The notes under the pieces: generated by a model
What the model saw: the letters and a program-made list of their open reading frames with translations, nothing else
Databases searched by the model: none
What the model was told of the DNA's origin: nothing
In this document: one piece after another, positions 1 through 10,628 of the stretch
Numbering within the stretch: the first letter of the stretch is position 1
How the letters are laid out: each line of letters opens with the position of its first letter
Program-made: the position numbers and the translations under genes
Assembly (NCBI GenBank): GCA_050015075.1
Contig: JBEKCB010000046.1
Location: 1 to 24,276 of the forward strand
DNA: 24,276 bases
Reading direction: 5' to 3'
From: Candidatus Brocadiia bacterium
Lineage (GTDB): Bacteria; Planctomycetota; Brocadiia; CAIUPP01

Positions 1-957
1 GGGGGTCTCGATGTTCGCCAGTTGGAGCATCTCCTGGATTTGAGCCGCCAGCCGGCGACAGCGCCCGGCAATGCGGTTGAGCGCGTCGGTCGCGTCCGTC
101 GGGAGGGTCCCGCAGTGACCGTGGAGTAGCAGGTGCACGTTGGCGTGGATGGCCGCAAAGGGCGCCTTCAGCTCGTGCGCGGTGAGAAGCATGTGGCGGC
201 TCTTCTCCCGCTGCGCCTCCACCAGCCGGCGGTTCGTTGCGTCCAGCTGGCTGTCCCGCTCGCGGACCATGGTCGCGAGGTGCGACGCGAAGTACCAGAC
301 GACCAGCCAGACCACGAGCGCCGACCCCGCGCTCAGCAGGACCACGCCGGGCGTGCGCTCGATCTGCCCGCGCAGCGAGGGATCGGCGTAAAGTCCGGCG
401 CGCGGCAGCACGCCGGCGACTTCCAGGCCCACGCAGGCGAGATAGAACGCGCAGGCCATGGCCGCAACGCCGAACGATTCCAGGCGCGAGAAGAAGATGC
501 ACGCGAGGACGATATGGAAGAGATAGGCGAACGCGATGTAGGTTTCCAGGCTGCCCACATAGTGGACGACGACCGTCAGGGCCGCCAGGTCCACGACGAT
601 CTGTGTCCAGAGGTTCACCCGCGCGCCGGAAGGCGATCCGGACTTGGCCAGCCACCGGGCATGGGCCAGGAAACCGAGGTTCGCCAGCGCCAGGACCGCC
701 GAGGTGACGAAGGGCCAATGGAGATGCTCGCGCAAGCCCAGGGCGCGCTCGATCTGCGGGAAGAGCCCCATGAGGCCGAACAACGCCAGCAGCGCCACGA
801 CGATCCAGCGGACCCGGCAAAACCAGACGACGTTCTGGAGCAGCAGCGGTTCGGGCAATGAGGCCCGCGCATGAGGCATATTGGACGCCGGCAATGCGTC
901 GCCGGGCGAAAGCGGCAACTCATAGGAAGTGCGCGGCGTCGAACTGACCGAAGCCAT
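1..957 (-). CDS. Membrane-bound sensor histidine kinase, partial (C-terminal part runs off the window edge)
   Basis: Not in the ORF track; translated by hand. Open frame from ATG 957 (alternative ATG 879) with AGGGGA upstream. It has several hydrophobic segments (VRWIVVALLALFGL; QIVVDLAALTVVVHYVGSLETYIAFAYLFHIVLACIFF), a coiled-coil and a HisKA H-box (AHELKAPF). Confidence 0.85.
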   Translation of the reverse strand, partial: MASVSSTPRTSYELPLSPGDALPASNMPHARASLPEPLLLQNVVWFCRVRWIVVALLALFGLMGLFPQIERALGLREHLHWPFVTSAVLALANLGFLAHARWLAKSGSPSGARVNLWTQIVVDLAALTVVVHYVGSLETYIAFAYLFHIVLACIFFSRLESFGVAAMACAFYLACVGLEVAGVLPRAGLYADPSLRGQIERTPGVVLLSAGSALVVWLVVWYFASHLATMVRERDSQLDATNRRLVEAQREKSRHMLLTAHELKAPFAAIHANVHLLLHGHCGTLPTDATDALNRIAGRCRRLAAQIQEMLQLANIETP

Positions 958-996
958 CGAAACTTGTCCCCTGGCCTTGATTGTTTTATGCGGCGC

Positions 997-1428
997 TCAC
1001 GGATTCTTCCTGGACGGCGCCGCCGGCGAGCCTTCCTCCAGCGCGGTGACCATGCGCTCCAGCAGCACGTTGATCTCGAACGGCTTTTCCAGGCGCCCGC
1101 GGATGTTCGAGGGCGGCTTCTGCATGGACACGCCGTGAGTCTCGCCGATGTCCTGTCCGAAGGCGGTCATCACCAGCACCGGCACGTTCCGCAAGTTGGC
1201 GATGTTCTGCATGTCGGTGCAGACGTCGAAGCCGTTTTTCAGGGGCATCATGAAATCCAGCAGGACGAGGTCCGGCGGCTCCTGCTCGGCCAGGCGGATG
1301 CCCTCTTCACCGTCGGCGGCGCAGCGGACCTGGTAGCCCTCGGCCTGGAGCAGGCGCACGAGCGCGCCGGTCAGCGCGTCGTCGTCGTCAATGATCAGGA
1401 TCCGCTTCGGGGCCGTTGCCGGGCTCAT
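997..1428 (-). CDS. Stand-alone response regulator (receiver domain only)
   Basis: ILIIDDD, VLLDFMMP (phospho-Asp), MTA and EKPF motifs. ATG 1428 follows AGGAGG and lies just after the acs stop. Confidence 0.9.
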   Translation of the reverse strand: MSPATAPKRILIIDDDDALTGALVRLLQAEGYQVRCAADGEEGIRLAEQEPPDLVLLDFMMPLKNGFDVCTDMQNIANLRNVPVLVMTAFGQDIGETHGVSMQKPPSNIRGRLEKPFEINVLLERMVTALEEGSPAAPSRKNP

Positions 1429-1429
1429 G

Positions 1430-3397
<1,968 letters not shown>

Positions 3398-3487
3398 CGG
3401 TGTCTCTCCTTGCCCTGAAACGAGTCTCATCCCGACAGCGTCCGGCGTCCCCGGCCTGGCGCGGAAGGCGCAGCGGGCCGTGCGCGG

Positions 3488-3507
3488 AGTATACCACAAA
3501 GTGGCAT
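3488..3507 (-). promoter_or_regulatory. Candidate extended -10 promoter for acs overlapped by a 17-bp palindrome
   Basis: Minus strand TG-G-TATACT at 3496-3488. Palindrome ATACCAC-AAA-GTGGCAT at 3491-3507. Confidence 0.45.
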
Positions 3508-3557
3508 AGGCGTACAGAGAATCCAGGCGCCTGGACGCGGCGCGCCGGCCGTCGGTT

Positions 3558-4472
3558 TCATACCGCAGCCCTCATGCACTCGCCCAGGCGCTGGTCGAAC
3601 TGGGCGAAGACCGGTTGAAGGTCCTGCTGGAAGAACTGCAGGAGCGCCGCGCGCACCGGCGGCCATGCCTGCACGTCGTCCAGAATGGCGTCGCGCAGCG
3701 CCCGGATGCGCGCGCGAGCCCGCGCCGGCCCTTTCCGCGCCATCTGCGGCACCGTGAACTTCCGCTGTTTCGCGTCCGTCCCCAGCGTCTTTCCGGCCGC
3801 CGGGCCGCCGACGACGTCGAGGAGGTCATCCGCCATCTGATAGAGCGTGCCCACCTGGTAGCCCGCCGCTTCGAGGGCGGCGCGCAGATCGGGCTGCGAC
3901 CCGCCGCAGGCATATCCCACAAAAGCGAAGAACGGCCCGCTCTTGCCGCGCGCCAGCCGCAGGCAGGCGGCTTCCTCGAGCACCTTCCCGCGCGAGCCCA
4001 GGTCCTGTTCCAGCTCCGCCGCGCAGACTTCCCGGAGCTTGGCGGTGAACGGTTCGACCAGGCCGCCGTCCTCGGCGCTCACCAGCACGTCCATCGCTTC
4101 GCACAGGAGCAGGTCGCCGATCAGGATCGCCGCCGTGGGGCCCATGACGCGCCACAGCGTGGGCTGCTGCCGGCGCAGGAACCCGCCGTCAATGACGTCG
4201 TCGTGGCAGAGGCTTGCGGTGTGCGCCATCTCGATGGCTGCGCAAGCGCGCACGATCGTGTCGGGCGCGACGGTCAGCTCGCCGGATTCCGCCAGGCGCG
4301 CGGCCCAGCGCGTGCGAAGCATTTTGCCGGGCATGAACTGCATCCAGCGCATGGGCAAGCCCGATGCGGACACCAGTTTCTTCAGCCGGTCCCTGACGAG
4401 ACGCTGAGTGTCCGAAACCACGTCCGTCGAAAGGCCCGTGGCGCAAGTCGCGCGGCGATCGCTGCTGGTCAT
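3558..4472 (-). CDS. Polyprenyl diphosphate synthase (trans-isoprenyl diphosphate synthase family)
   Basis: GKMLR, first Asp-rich motif [12 protein letters not shown] followed by LRR, ILIGD, second motif QMADDLLD and GKTLGTD. Start is ATG 4472 or TTG 4487. Confidence 0.88.
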   Translation of the reverse strand: MTSSDRRATCATGLSTDVVSDTQRLVRDRLKKLVSASGLPMRWMQFMPGKMLRTRWAARLAESGELTVAPDTIVRACAAIEMAHTASLCHDDVIDGGFLRRQQPTLWRVMGPTAAILIGDLLLCEAMDVLVSAEDGGLVEPFTAKLREVCAAELEQDLGSRGKVLEEAACLRLARGKSGPFFAFVGYACGGSQPDLRAALEAAGYQVGTLYQMADDLLDVVGGPAAGKTLGTDAKQRKFTVPQMARKGPARARARIRALRDAILDDVQAWPPVRAALLQFFQQDLQPVFAQFDQRLGECMRAAV

Positions 4473-4490
4473 CCTCGCTGTTCTCAACGG

Positions 4491-5579
4491 CTACTCCTTG
4501 ACCGGATTCTCGCGGTCGTAAGCTCTTGGAACGTGACATCCGGGGGCGCAGCCGCCTCCGGTCTTCGTCTCCTGGAAACGGATCGGCAACGGCCAGCCCG
4601 CCGGCCCGAACGGGACGGTGGCGCGGATCAGGTGCGGCTCCGGCGCGCCGTGGGGCGCGTGACAGGCGCGGCAAGTCCGCCCTTTCACCTTGTCGTTGAC
4701 GTGGACGGCATGCAGGTTCCGCGTCCCGTTGCGGAAACCCGTGGCGCCCTTCGTATCGAGTTCGGTCGCCAGGGACGCATCGTGGCATTGGAAACAAAGC
4801 GCGTAGGCATCCGCCGTAAACGGGGCGTAGAACGTCGCCGGGTACGCCGCCGCGAGCAGGGCGATCTGGGCCGACGCGTGAGGCTGGTGACACGCCCCGC
4901 AGTTTTCGTCCTGGATGGGCCCGTGGACGGACTTGGCGCCGGTGATTTCATTTTTCACGCTCGGAATCGTGCGCCCCTTCTGGACGATCGGCTTGTCGTG
5001 GCAGCCCAGGCAGGTGGCCATCGGCTTGGCGAGCAGCAGGTGCTCGAAGTCGCTGGTGTGCGGGTTGTGGCAGGCGAGGCAGGCTTTTCCCTCGAGCGCG
5101 ATGGAGTGGCTGGACTTGCCCTTGGCGATCTGGTTTGCGACCTCGTGGCAGTTCGAGCAGAGGTCCGGAACCGCGGCGACCAGGAAGTCCTTGGCGTCGC
5201 TGCCGTGAGGGCTATGGCAGGTGAGGCAGTCCTCGCCCACCGGCTTGTGGAGGACTTTCTTTTTGTCCAGCGGACCGTGGCAACCGGCGCAAAGCGCGGG
5301 GCCCTGGGCGGCCAGAGTGAATTGGTGGAGGTTTCCCTTCGGGTTATGGCACGCGGTGCATTCATTGGCGGCGGCGGGCGCGTGGATGTTCTTCAGTTTC
5401 AGGATGTCCGCATGGCAGGCCGCATTGGCGCAAGGGGCATCGGGCTTGATTTCCTTCGGCGCCTCGGCGGCGTACGCGCCCGCCTTCATCGCGACGGCCA
5501 GAATCGCCGCCGCGAGAAACGCTTCACCCAGGCGCCGGCCCTGCGGGGCTGCTCGCTCACGAGCGCTAGAGATTCTCAT
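4491..5579 (-). CDS. Secreted/periplasmic multiheme cytochrome c, ~11 hemes (paired-CXXCH type, ExtA/DmsE-like)
   Basis: Nine CXXCH plus CANAACH (CX4CH) and CAPGCH (CX3CH). Repeated H-x-P...CxxCH-x-PH units. Signal peptide ending near AYA. Confidence 0.9.
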   Translation of the reverse strand: MRISSARERAAPQGRRLGEAFLAAAILAVAMKAGAYAAEAPKEIKPDAPCANAACHADILKLKNIHAPAAANECTACHNPKGNLHQFTLAAQGPALCAGCHGPLDKKKVLHKPVGEDCLTCHSPHGSDAKDFLVAAVPDLCSNCHEVANQIAKGKSSHSIALEGKACLACHNPHTSDFEHLLLAKPMATCLGCHDKPIVQKGRTIPSVKNEITGAKSVHGPIQDENCGACHQPHASAQIALLAAAYPATFYAPFTADAYALCFQCHDASLATELDTKGATGFRNGTRNLHAVHVNDKVKGRTCRACHAPHGAPEPHLIRATVPFGPAGWPLPIRFQETKTGGGCAPGCHVPRAYDRENPVKE

Positions 5580-5603
5580 TCTTCCTGATATCCGCTTCCA
5601 AAA

Positions 5604-5693
5604 AATCGTAATCGTAATCTTACTCTTAATCGTAATCGCCGTTCTACTTTTCAGCCGGACGACGGCCGAGTACGATTAGGATTACGATTACGA
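5604..5693. repeat. Intergenic palindrome built from AATCGT hexamers
   Basis: Left arm tcgtaatcgtaatcttactcttaatcg pairs with the reverse complement of 5667-5693 with 4 mismatches in 27 nt. Confidence 0.75.
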
Positions 5694-5758
5694 AGAACCG
5701 ACGGCACTTCGTACGTCGTGCTCGTCGTGTCGTCGTGGTGAAGCATGATTCCGCCCGA

Positions 5759-6850
5759 TCAATAAGTCTTGTTAACGTGATCCACGCCGTGACACAACAG
5801 GTTGCACTGTCCGTGCTGCATGCCCAGGGATTGGTAATTCAGTTGGCCCCGGCTGTTGCCGAGGACGATCCTGGGGGCGAAACTGAGCAAGTGCGGGTAC
5901 TGCGTCGAGCCGTGGCTGTTGTGACAGTCGTAGCACGTTAACCGCTGCTGGCTGATATGCATCGAATGCAGAGTCCAACTGGTGGGGCTGAGCACCGTGG
6001 TGCGGTTGTGGCAGAGGTAGCAGAGGCCGTACTGGAACGCGCTCTCGGCCTGGCCGTCCGTGGTCGTATAATTCGCCTTCAGGATCGGCGAGAACGCCGA
6101 ACCGTGCGGTCCCCGGATGCCCTCCTGGTCGCTTCCGTGGCAGCTCGTGCAGTTGACGTAGCTCTGCGCCGTGTAGGGCTGGATGAGGCTCGGCACGAAC
6201 GGGTTTCGGCCCGGCGCCATCAAGGGGTGATACGAGCTGTTGCTGGCCGTCATGAGCTGCTGGATGTTCACCGCGGCGCTCACGCCGTGGCAGGCGACGC
6301 AGACCGTGTAGGCCGCCTTCCGGTTGCCGCGCGAGTCGGAGACTTGCCGGGGCTGGCTGGTGTCCACGACGCCTCCGCGCTTTGTCTTGACCATGTAATG
6401 CGAATCGTGGCAGTCTGAGCAATGGGCGGTGTTCGAAGTCGCGGGCGTCACCGTCATGCTCCTCGCAAACGTGGACGAGACGGTGGACGGAAGCGCGTAA
6501 CCCGGCAACGGATGATGCGAAGCCTTGTTGAACTCCGCGGCGATGTTCGCCGTAGGACCGGTCCCGTTGAGCACGCCCTTCGCCTTCGCGGTAGCCTGCC
6601 AGGCGGCGCCCCCGTGGCAGGTCAGGCAGGTGGTCTCCTGCGAGGCGATGAACATCTTCGTCTGCGGCGTGCCATGGCCGACGTGGCAACCGCCGCACCC
6701 CATCGGCAGCGCGGCCAGGTCCCCGTGCGCGCTCCCGCTGAACGCGCCGGCCCAGGCGGCGCCGGCCGCGGACAGGCAGCCCAGGACGACCAGCGCCGCC
6801 GCCGAACGGCGCGCGGCTAATCGTGACAGGATAAACACGTTTCGCTCCAC
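5759..6850 (-). CDS. Secreted octaheme cytochrome c
   Basis: CGGCH, CLTCH, CSDCH, CVACH, CTSCH, CYLCH, CYDCH plus CNLLCH (CX3CH). Signal peptide RRSAAALVVLGCLSAAGAAWA. Start is probably GTG 6850 or 6838 rather than 6928. Confidence 0.88.
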   Translation of the reverse strand: MERNVFILSRLAARRSAAALVVLGCLSAAGAAWAGAFSGSAHGDLAALPMGCGGCHVGHGTPQTKMFIASQETTCLTCHGGAAWQATAKAKGVLNGTGPTANIAAEFNKASHHPLPGYALPSTVSSTFARSMTVTPATSNTAHCSDCHDSHYMVKTKRGGVVDTSQPRQVSDSRGNRKAAYTVCVACHGVSAAVNIQQLMTASNSSYHPLMAPGRNPFVPSLIQPYTAQSYVNCTSCHGSDQEGIRGPHGSAFSPILKANYTTTDGQAESAFQYGLCYLCHNRTTVLSPTSWTLHSMHISQQRLTCYDCHNSHGSTQYPHLLSFAPRIVLGNSRGQLNYQSLGMQHGQCNLLCHGVDHVNKTY

Positions 6851-7497
6851 GTGGGCTTCACATAAAAATGCGGCACCATCCCGGCCCGATAGTTGCTGTC
6901 GTCGTGCGGATCGTGGCAACTGGTGCATTGCATCTTCTTCTGCGCGTCCAGCTTGACGTCCGGATCCACGCGGGTGGAAGGCAGCAGCAACGGCATGCCG
7001 CCGGCCGCGTTGCGCGTCACCGCCAACGCGTTGTCATAGACGAAGGAGATCGGGTGGCTTCCGGAGAGATCGGTGCCGAGATATCCCGGCGCGCTGGCCG
7101 GCATGGTCGGCCCGCCGCTCACCACGATCGGCGTCTTGCGGCCGCCCACCGCGCCCAGCGCAATCGTGCCGTCGTGGCAGCTCAGGCAAAGCTTCGACGC
7201 TCCATCCGGCTGCGGCGCGGCGCCCGCCGAAGGATAGGCCTTCATGGTGGAGCTCCAATACATCTTGTAGTTCGATACCGCGCTCAGGCTGTGGTTCCAC
7301 AGCGGCGCGTTGGGGTTCGCGTTATGCGGGCTGTGGCAGAAGACGCAGATCTGCGTTTCCGTCGGCGACTTGACGGCGCCCGGCCCGGTGACCGAAAGGT
7401 TGTGCAGCGTGTCCGCGACGCCGCCGAACGCGGCGGCCGCAGCCGCCATGACGATCAGCGCGCCGGAGGCGATTTTACGGCTTCTGCTCGCGCACAT
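6817..7497 (-). CDS. OmcE-like tetraheme cytochrome c (paralog 3)
   Basis: Signal peptide, then HNLS...QICVFCHSPH...PLWN...SKLCLSCHDG...LGTDLSGSHPI...CTSCHDPH...CLSCHD-stop. Start ATG 7497. Confidence 0.85.
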   Translation of the reverse strand: MCASRSRKIASGALIVMAAAAAAFGGVADTLHNLSVTGPGAVKSPTETQICVFCHSPHNANPNAPLWNHSLSAVSNYKMYWSSTMKAYPSAGAAPQPDGASKLCLSCHDGTIALGAVGGRKTPIVVSGGPTMPASAPGYLGTDLSGSHPISFVYDNALAVTRNAAGGMPLLLPSTRVDPDVKLDAQKKMQCTSCHDPHDDSNYRAGMVPHFYVKPTWSETCLSCHD

Positions 7498-8521
7498 ATC
7501 GGTACACCTGAATGCGTGAATTTCCCGAATCGGCCACATAGAGGCGGTCCTGCCCGTCCGTACAGGCCCCGGTCGGAAGCCACAATTCCCCGTCTTCGCT
7601 GCCGGTCCCTGCGAAGGAGAGCAGGAATCGCCCGTTTTCGTCGAAGATCTGCACGACGTCGAAGAGCGAATCCACCACATAGACATGCCCCTCCGAATCC
7701 ACCGCAACGCCCTTCGCGGTGCCGAAGTCGCCCGTGCCGTCGCCCGGCCGGCCGAAGGACTGGAGGGTCTCTCCGTCCGGCGTGAAAACCTGCACGCGGA
7801 AATTGAGCGAGTCGGTCACGTACAGGTTGCCGTTCGCCGCCAGCGAGAGGTGCGTCGGAAAATTGAACGAGCCGCGTTCCTCGCCGCGGCCGCCGAGCCG
7901 CCGCAGGAGCGAATAGCCGCCGGCCTCCGCCTGAAAAGTCAGGACCGAATGCGCCGGGGTATCCACGACATAGAGCCGGCGGCGGGCAACGTCGTACGCC
8001 AGCCCCGTCGGCCGCTGGAAATCGCCGGTCACTTCGTCCACCACGCGGCCGCGGCGGGAAAGATGGAACACCCGGCGCAGGACCGCGTCGCCGACGAACA
8101 CTCCGCCGTCTCCGTCGGCCGCCACGCCGATGGGGCACTGGAGCCGCGTCGTCCCGACGGTCTCGATGGCCCGGTAGTCGCCGTTCGTCAGGTCCAGCAG
8201 ATGGACGACCGCGGTGCCCGAGTCGGCCAGGGCCAGAGTCTTCGTGTCCGCGGAAACGCCGTGAGGCGTCATGAGCTTGACCTCCGGCGGCCCGGCGATA
8301 AACCGGAGGACCGCCGAAAGGCCGTGGCGGGTGGCGTTGCCCTGGATCGTCGCGGCCGTGATCGTCCCTTCGTAGCGGACCCTCGGCAGGTCCGGCGGGA
8401 GCGGCCAGATGAGTTCTTTCTCCGTCGGCTTCCAGAACTGCCCGGGCGACTGAGCGCAGCCGGACAACGCCGCCGCCGCCGACAGAATTACAAGGGCCGG
8501 GATTCGCAATGCATTCCCCAT
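7475..8521 (-). CDS. NHL-repeat beta-propeller lipoprotein (paralog 3)
   Basis: Lipobox LSGC, N-terminal WPLPPDLPRVRY and repeated F-x-x-P-x-G...LYVxDS...RVQVF blades. Start ATG 8521. Confidence 0.88.
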   Translation of the reverse strand: MGNALRIPALVILSAAAALSGCAQSPGQFWKPTEKELIWPLPPDLPRVRYEGTITAATIQGNATRHGLSAVLRFIAGPPEVKLMTPHGVSADTKTLALADSGTAVVHLLDLTNGDYRAIETVGTTRLQCPIGVAADGDGGVFVGDAVLRRVFHLSRRGRVVDEVTGDFQRPTGLAYDVARRRLYVVDTPAHSVLTFQAEAGGYSLLRRLGGRGEERGSFNFPTHLSLAANGNLYVTDSLNFRVQVFTPDGETLQSFGRPGDGTGDFGTAKGVAVDSEGHVYVVDSLFDVVQIFDENGRFLLSFAGTGSEDGELWLPTGACTDGQDRLYVADSGNSRIQVYRYVREQKP

Positions 8522-8563
8522 GAATCGGTTGCGCGCGCGTGCTCGACCTGAACCGCGTAAATT

Positions 8564-8572
8564 ATTATAGCA
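8564..8572 (-). promoter_or_regulatory. Candidate internal extended -10 promoter
   Basis: Minus strand TG-C-TATAAT in an AT-rich gap about 45 nt upstream of ATG 8521. No recognisable -35. Confidence 0.45.
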
Positions 8573-8645
8573 CGCTGCGCTTTCTCTTTTTAGCATTTTT
8601 CGCCATTCCCGCCAGACCATTTACGGACGCCCGGCCGCGCCGCGC

Positions 8646-10628
8646 TCAGAACAACCGCCGGCGAATCGAGAAGAAGGCGTATTGCGAAAGCTCCTTCGAG
8701 GTCGGGGCATTCTGGTTATTGATCTGGTACTCCAGCGACAAGATCGTCCCGCGAATATGGTATTCCACCGCCACGCGGCCGTACAGGTATTCGTTGGCGA
8801 TCCCCTGGTCATTGCTCCACTCGTAACCGGCCGTCACGTTGATCGTAGGCCAGTCTTTGGGCATCAACTGATACGTCAGCCCCGCGGTGCGCAGCGTCAG
8901 GGCTCCGGCCCCGGTGAACGTGACGTGGCGATAGGTTGCGTTCCCGCCGATGCGCTGGTCGGCGCCGAGCGGCTCGGCGATATCCAGAGACACCATATTC
9001 GAGACGTAGGGCGTCAAGGAACTGTCGTAGATCTCGTGCTCGGCCGTGACCGTCGCCGGCGCCCAGCGAATGATCGTGCCGAAGAGCGTCTCTTCCAGGT
9101 TCTGCAATTGCCCCATGTTGGTGCCGGACAGCACGGTGTTTTCCGTGGACTGCCGGTTGACGTACAGCGTCAGATGGTCGAAAAGGTCCAGGGTCACCCG
9201 CCCATGCAAGTCCGTCGTCCCGTACGTGATCGGAAGATCGCTCTGGTACTGGTAGCTCACCAGCACGCTGGTCGCATTGGCGATGGCGCCGGTGGGCAGG
9301 CGCTGAATCTCGGTCAGGATCCCGTGCGGAATGAGCTGGTAGTCCACGTTGAGAAGATACGTGATGCCGCCGGAGAGGTTCGTGACCACCACGCTGCTGG
9401 TGACCACGTTCGGGTTGTTCAGAAATGTGGTGATCGTGTCGGCCAGCGTCTGGCTTTCGTTCACGACGGTGTTCAGGCCCGGCTTCGTGTTGTCGTCGGT
9501 GACCGAATACCCGGCGCCCGTATCCACCGTCAGCGTCCCCCACGGAATGCGCTTGCGGTAGTTCTCCGTCAGGGAGCATCCTTCGATATCCTCGGTCACC
9601 TGGTCGGAGTTCTGATGAGAGCCGTAAACGCGGGCGGTGGATATAAGGCTCTCGTAGAGCTGGTGCGACAGGCTCGCCTGCACCACCGTCAGATCGGTGG
9701 TCTCCGCGCCGACGGAGACCTGGGAGTAGTCCACGCTGTATTGGCTTGTGAGGTTATCGGTGTGCTTGAGGAGGAGCGACTCATCCTCCGTGAACTGCGT
9801 CCAGGGAAAAGTGCCCGTCTCGTCCTGGTAGGTCGCTCTGGAATTCAGAGTGGCCCAGCTTCCCTCGCCCAGCGACAGCGTGTTGTTGAACGTCGCGGTC
9901 TGCACCTTTTGGTCCGTGTGGAATTTGGTGCTGACGCTGGAAACTTCCTCATCGTCCTCGTGCCCGTCCAGGTATTTGTAGACGAACGAGGAGAGCGAAT
10001 GCGGGATGGTGTGGTTGACCGTAAGCTGGGCCCAGGAATCCTCCAGGTACCGGTTCTCGCCGAAGCCCAACTGCGTCTGGTTGCTCGTCTCGTGCGCGAC
10101 GGTGAACTGGGTCGGCAGCGGTCCGCGGTTAAGCGACAGCGTCGCCAACTCATTGCTGTCGTCAACCTTCGTGACCTCGCCGAACGGAGGGTTGATGGTG
10201 CTGGTGGCCTGGTTGAGCGAAAAATCCATCGAAACGGCATGCTGCGGCAGCAGACTGCCCGAGATGGCGTACTCGGGAGCGACCCCGTTCAGCGAGGACC
10301 GTGTGTTCCCTGTCGGGCTGTCAATGTTCGAAGAGCCCTGCGTCAAGTCCAGCCCGACGGCCGCCCTATAAGTCAGGAAACGGGGATGATACAGGAACCC
10401 GTCGCCGCTGAGCATCATGATTTCGTCCAGCTCCTGCTGGGTCGTCGTCGTCGTCACACCGAGTGTTTTATCGCGAAGGGAGTCCTCATCGAGATCGTAG
10501 CGCAGTTCCACGTCGCCGTGGAAGTTGTTCAGCGAGAAGTACTGCGGCTCGGGCACCGGCTGCGCGAAAGCGGCGGCGCAGAGGAGCCACGCGAGAGCCG
10601 CCGCAGTCGCAACTCGCGCCATGATCAC
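8646..10628 (-). CDS. Outer-membrane beta-barrel protein (porin of a porin-cytochrome conduit or secretion channel)
   Basis: Signal peptide ending AFA-Q, alternating amphipathic strands rich in Y/T/S/Q, C-terminal Phe (FFSIRRRLF), no CXXCH. Overlaps the pentaheme gene by 4 nt. Confidence 0.78.
   Translation of the reverse strand: MIMARVATAAALAWLLCAAAFAQPVPEPQYFSLNNFHGDVELRYDLDEDSLRDKTLGVTTTTTQQELDEIMMLSGDGFLYHPRFLTYRAAVGLDLTQGSSNIDSPTGNTRSSLNGVAPEYAISGSLLPQHAVSMDFSLNQATSTINPPFGEVTKVDDSNELATLSLNRGPLPTQFTVAHETSNQTQLGFGENRYLEDSWAQLTVNHTIPHSLSSFVYKYLDGHEDDEEVSSVSTKFHTDQKVQTATFNNTLSLGEGSWATLNSRATYQDETGTFPWTQFTEDESLLLKHTDNLTSQYSVDYSQVSVGAETTDLTVVQASLSHQLYESLISTARVYGSHQNSDQVTEDIEGCSLTENYRKRIPWGTLTVDTGAGYSVTDDNTKPGLNTVVNESQTLADTITTFLNNPNVVTSSVVVTNLSGGITYLLNVDYQLIPHGILTEIQRLPTGAIANATSVLVSYQYQSDLPITYGTTDLHGRVTLDLFDHLTLYVNRQSTENTVLSGTNMGQLQNLEETLFGTIIRWAPATVTAEHEIYDSSLTPYVSNMVSLDIAEPLGADQRIGGNATYRHVTFTGAGALTLRTAGLTYQLMPKDWPTINVTAGYEWSNDQGIANEYLYGRVAVEYHIRGTILSLEYQINNQNAPTSKELSQYAFFSIRRRLF

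Noticed and set aside
4149-4165. Further copy of the CAC-N3-GTG palindrome core
   Set aside because: It lies inside the polyprenyl synthase CDS with poorly matching flanks, so it is probably chance.
5604-5693. CRISPR array
   Set aside because: The units are 6 bp, inverted and without spacers, and there are no cas genes.
5759-6850. OmcS or OmcZ ortholog call for the octaheme
   Set aside because: Heme number does not match hexaheme OmcS, and I recognise no OmcZ-specific features or adjacent subtilase.
6817-6928. Programmed frameshift fusing paralog 3 to the octaheme
   Set aside because: The octaheme has its own signal peptide, and paralog 3 ends with an intact terminal CXXCH. A simple gene overlap explains it.
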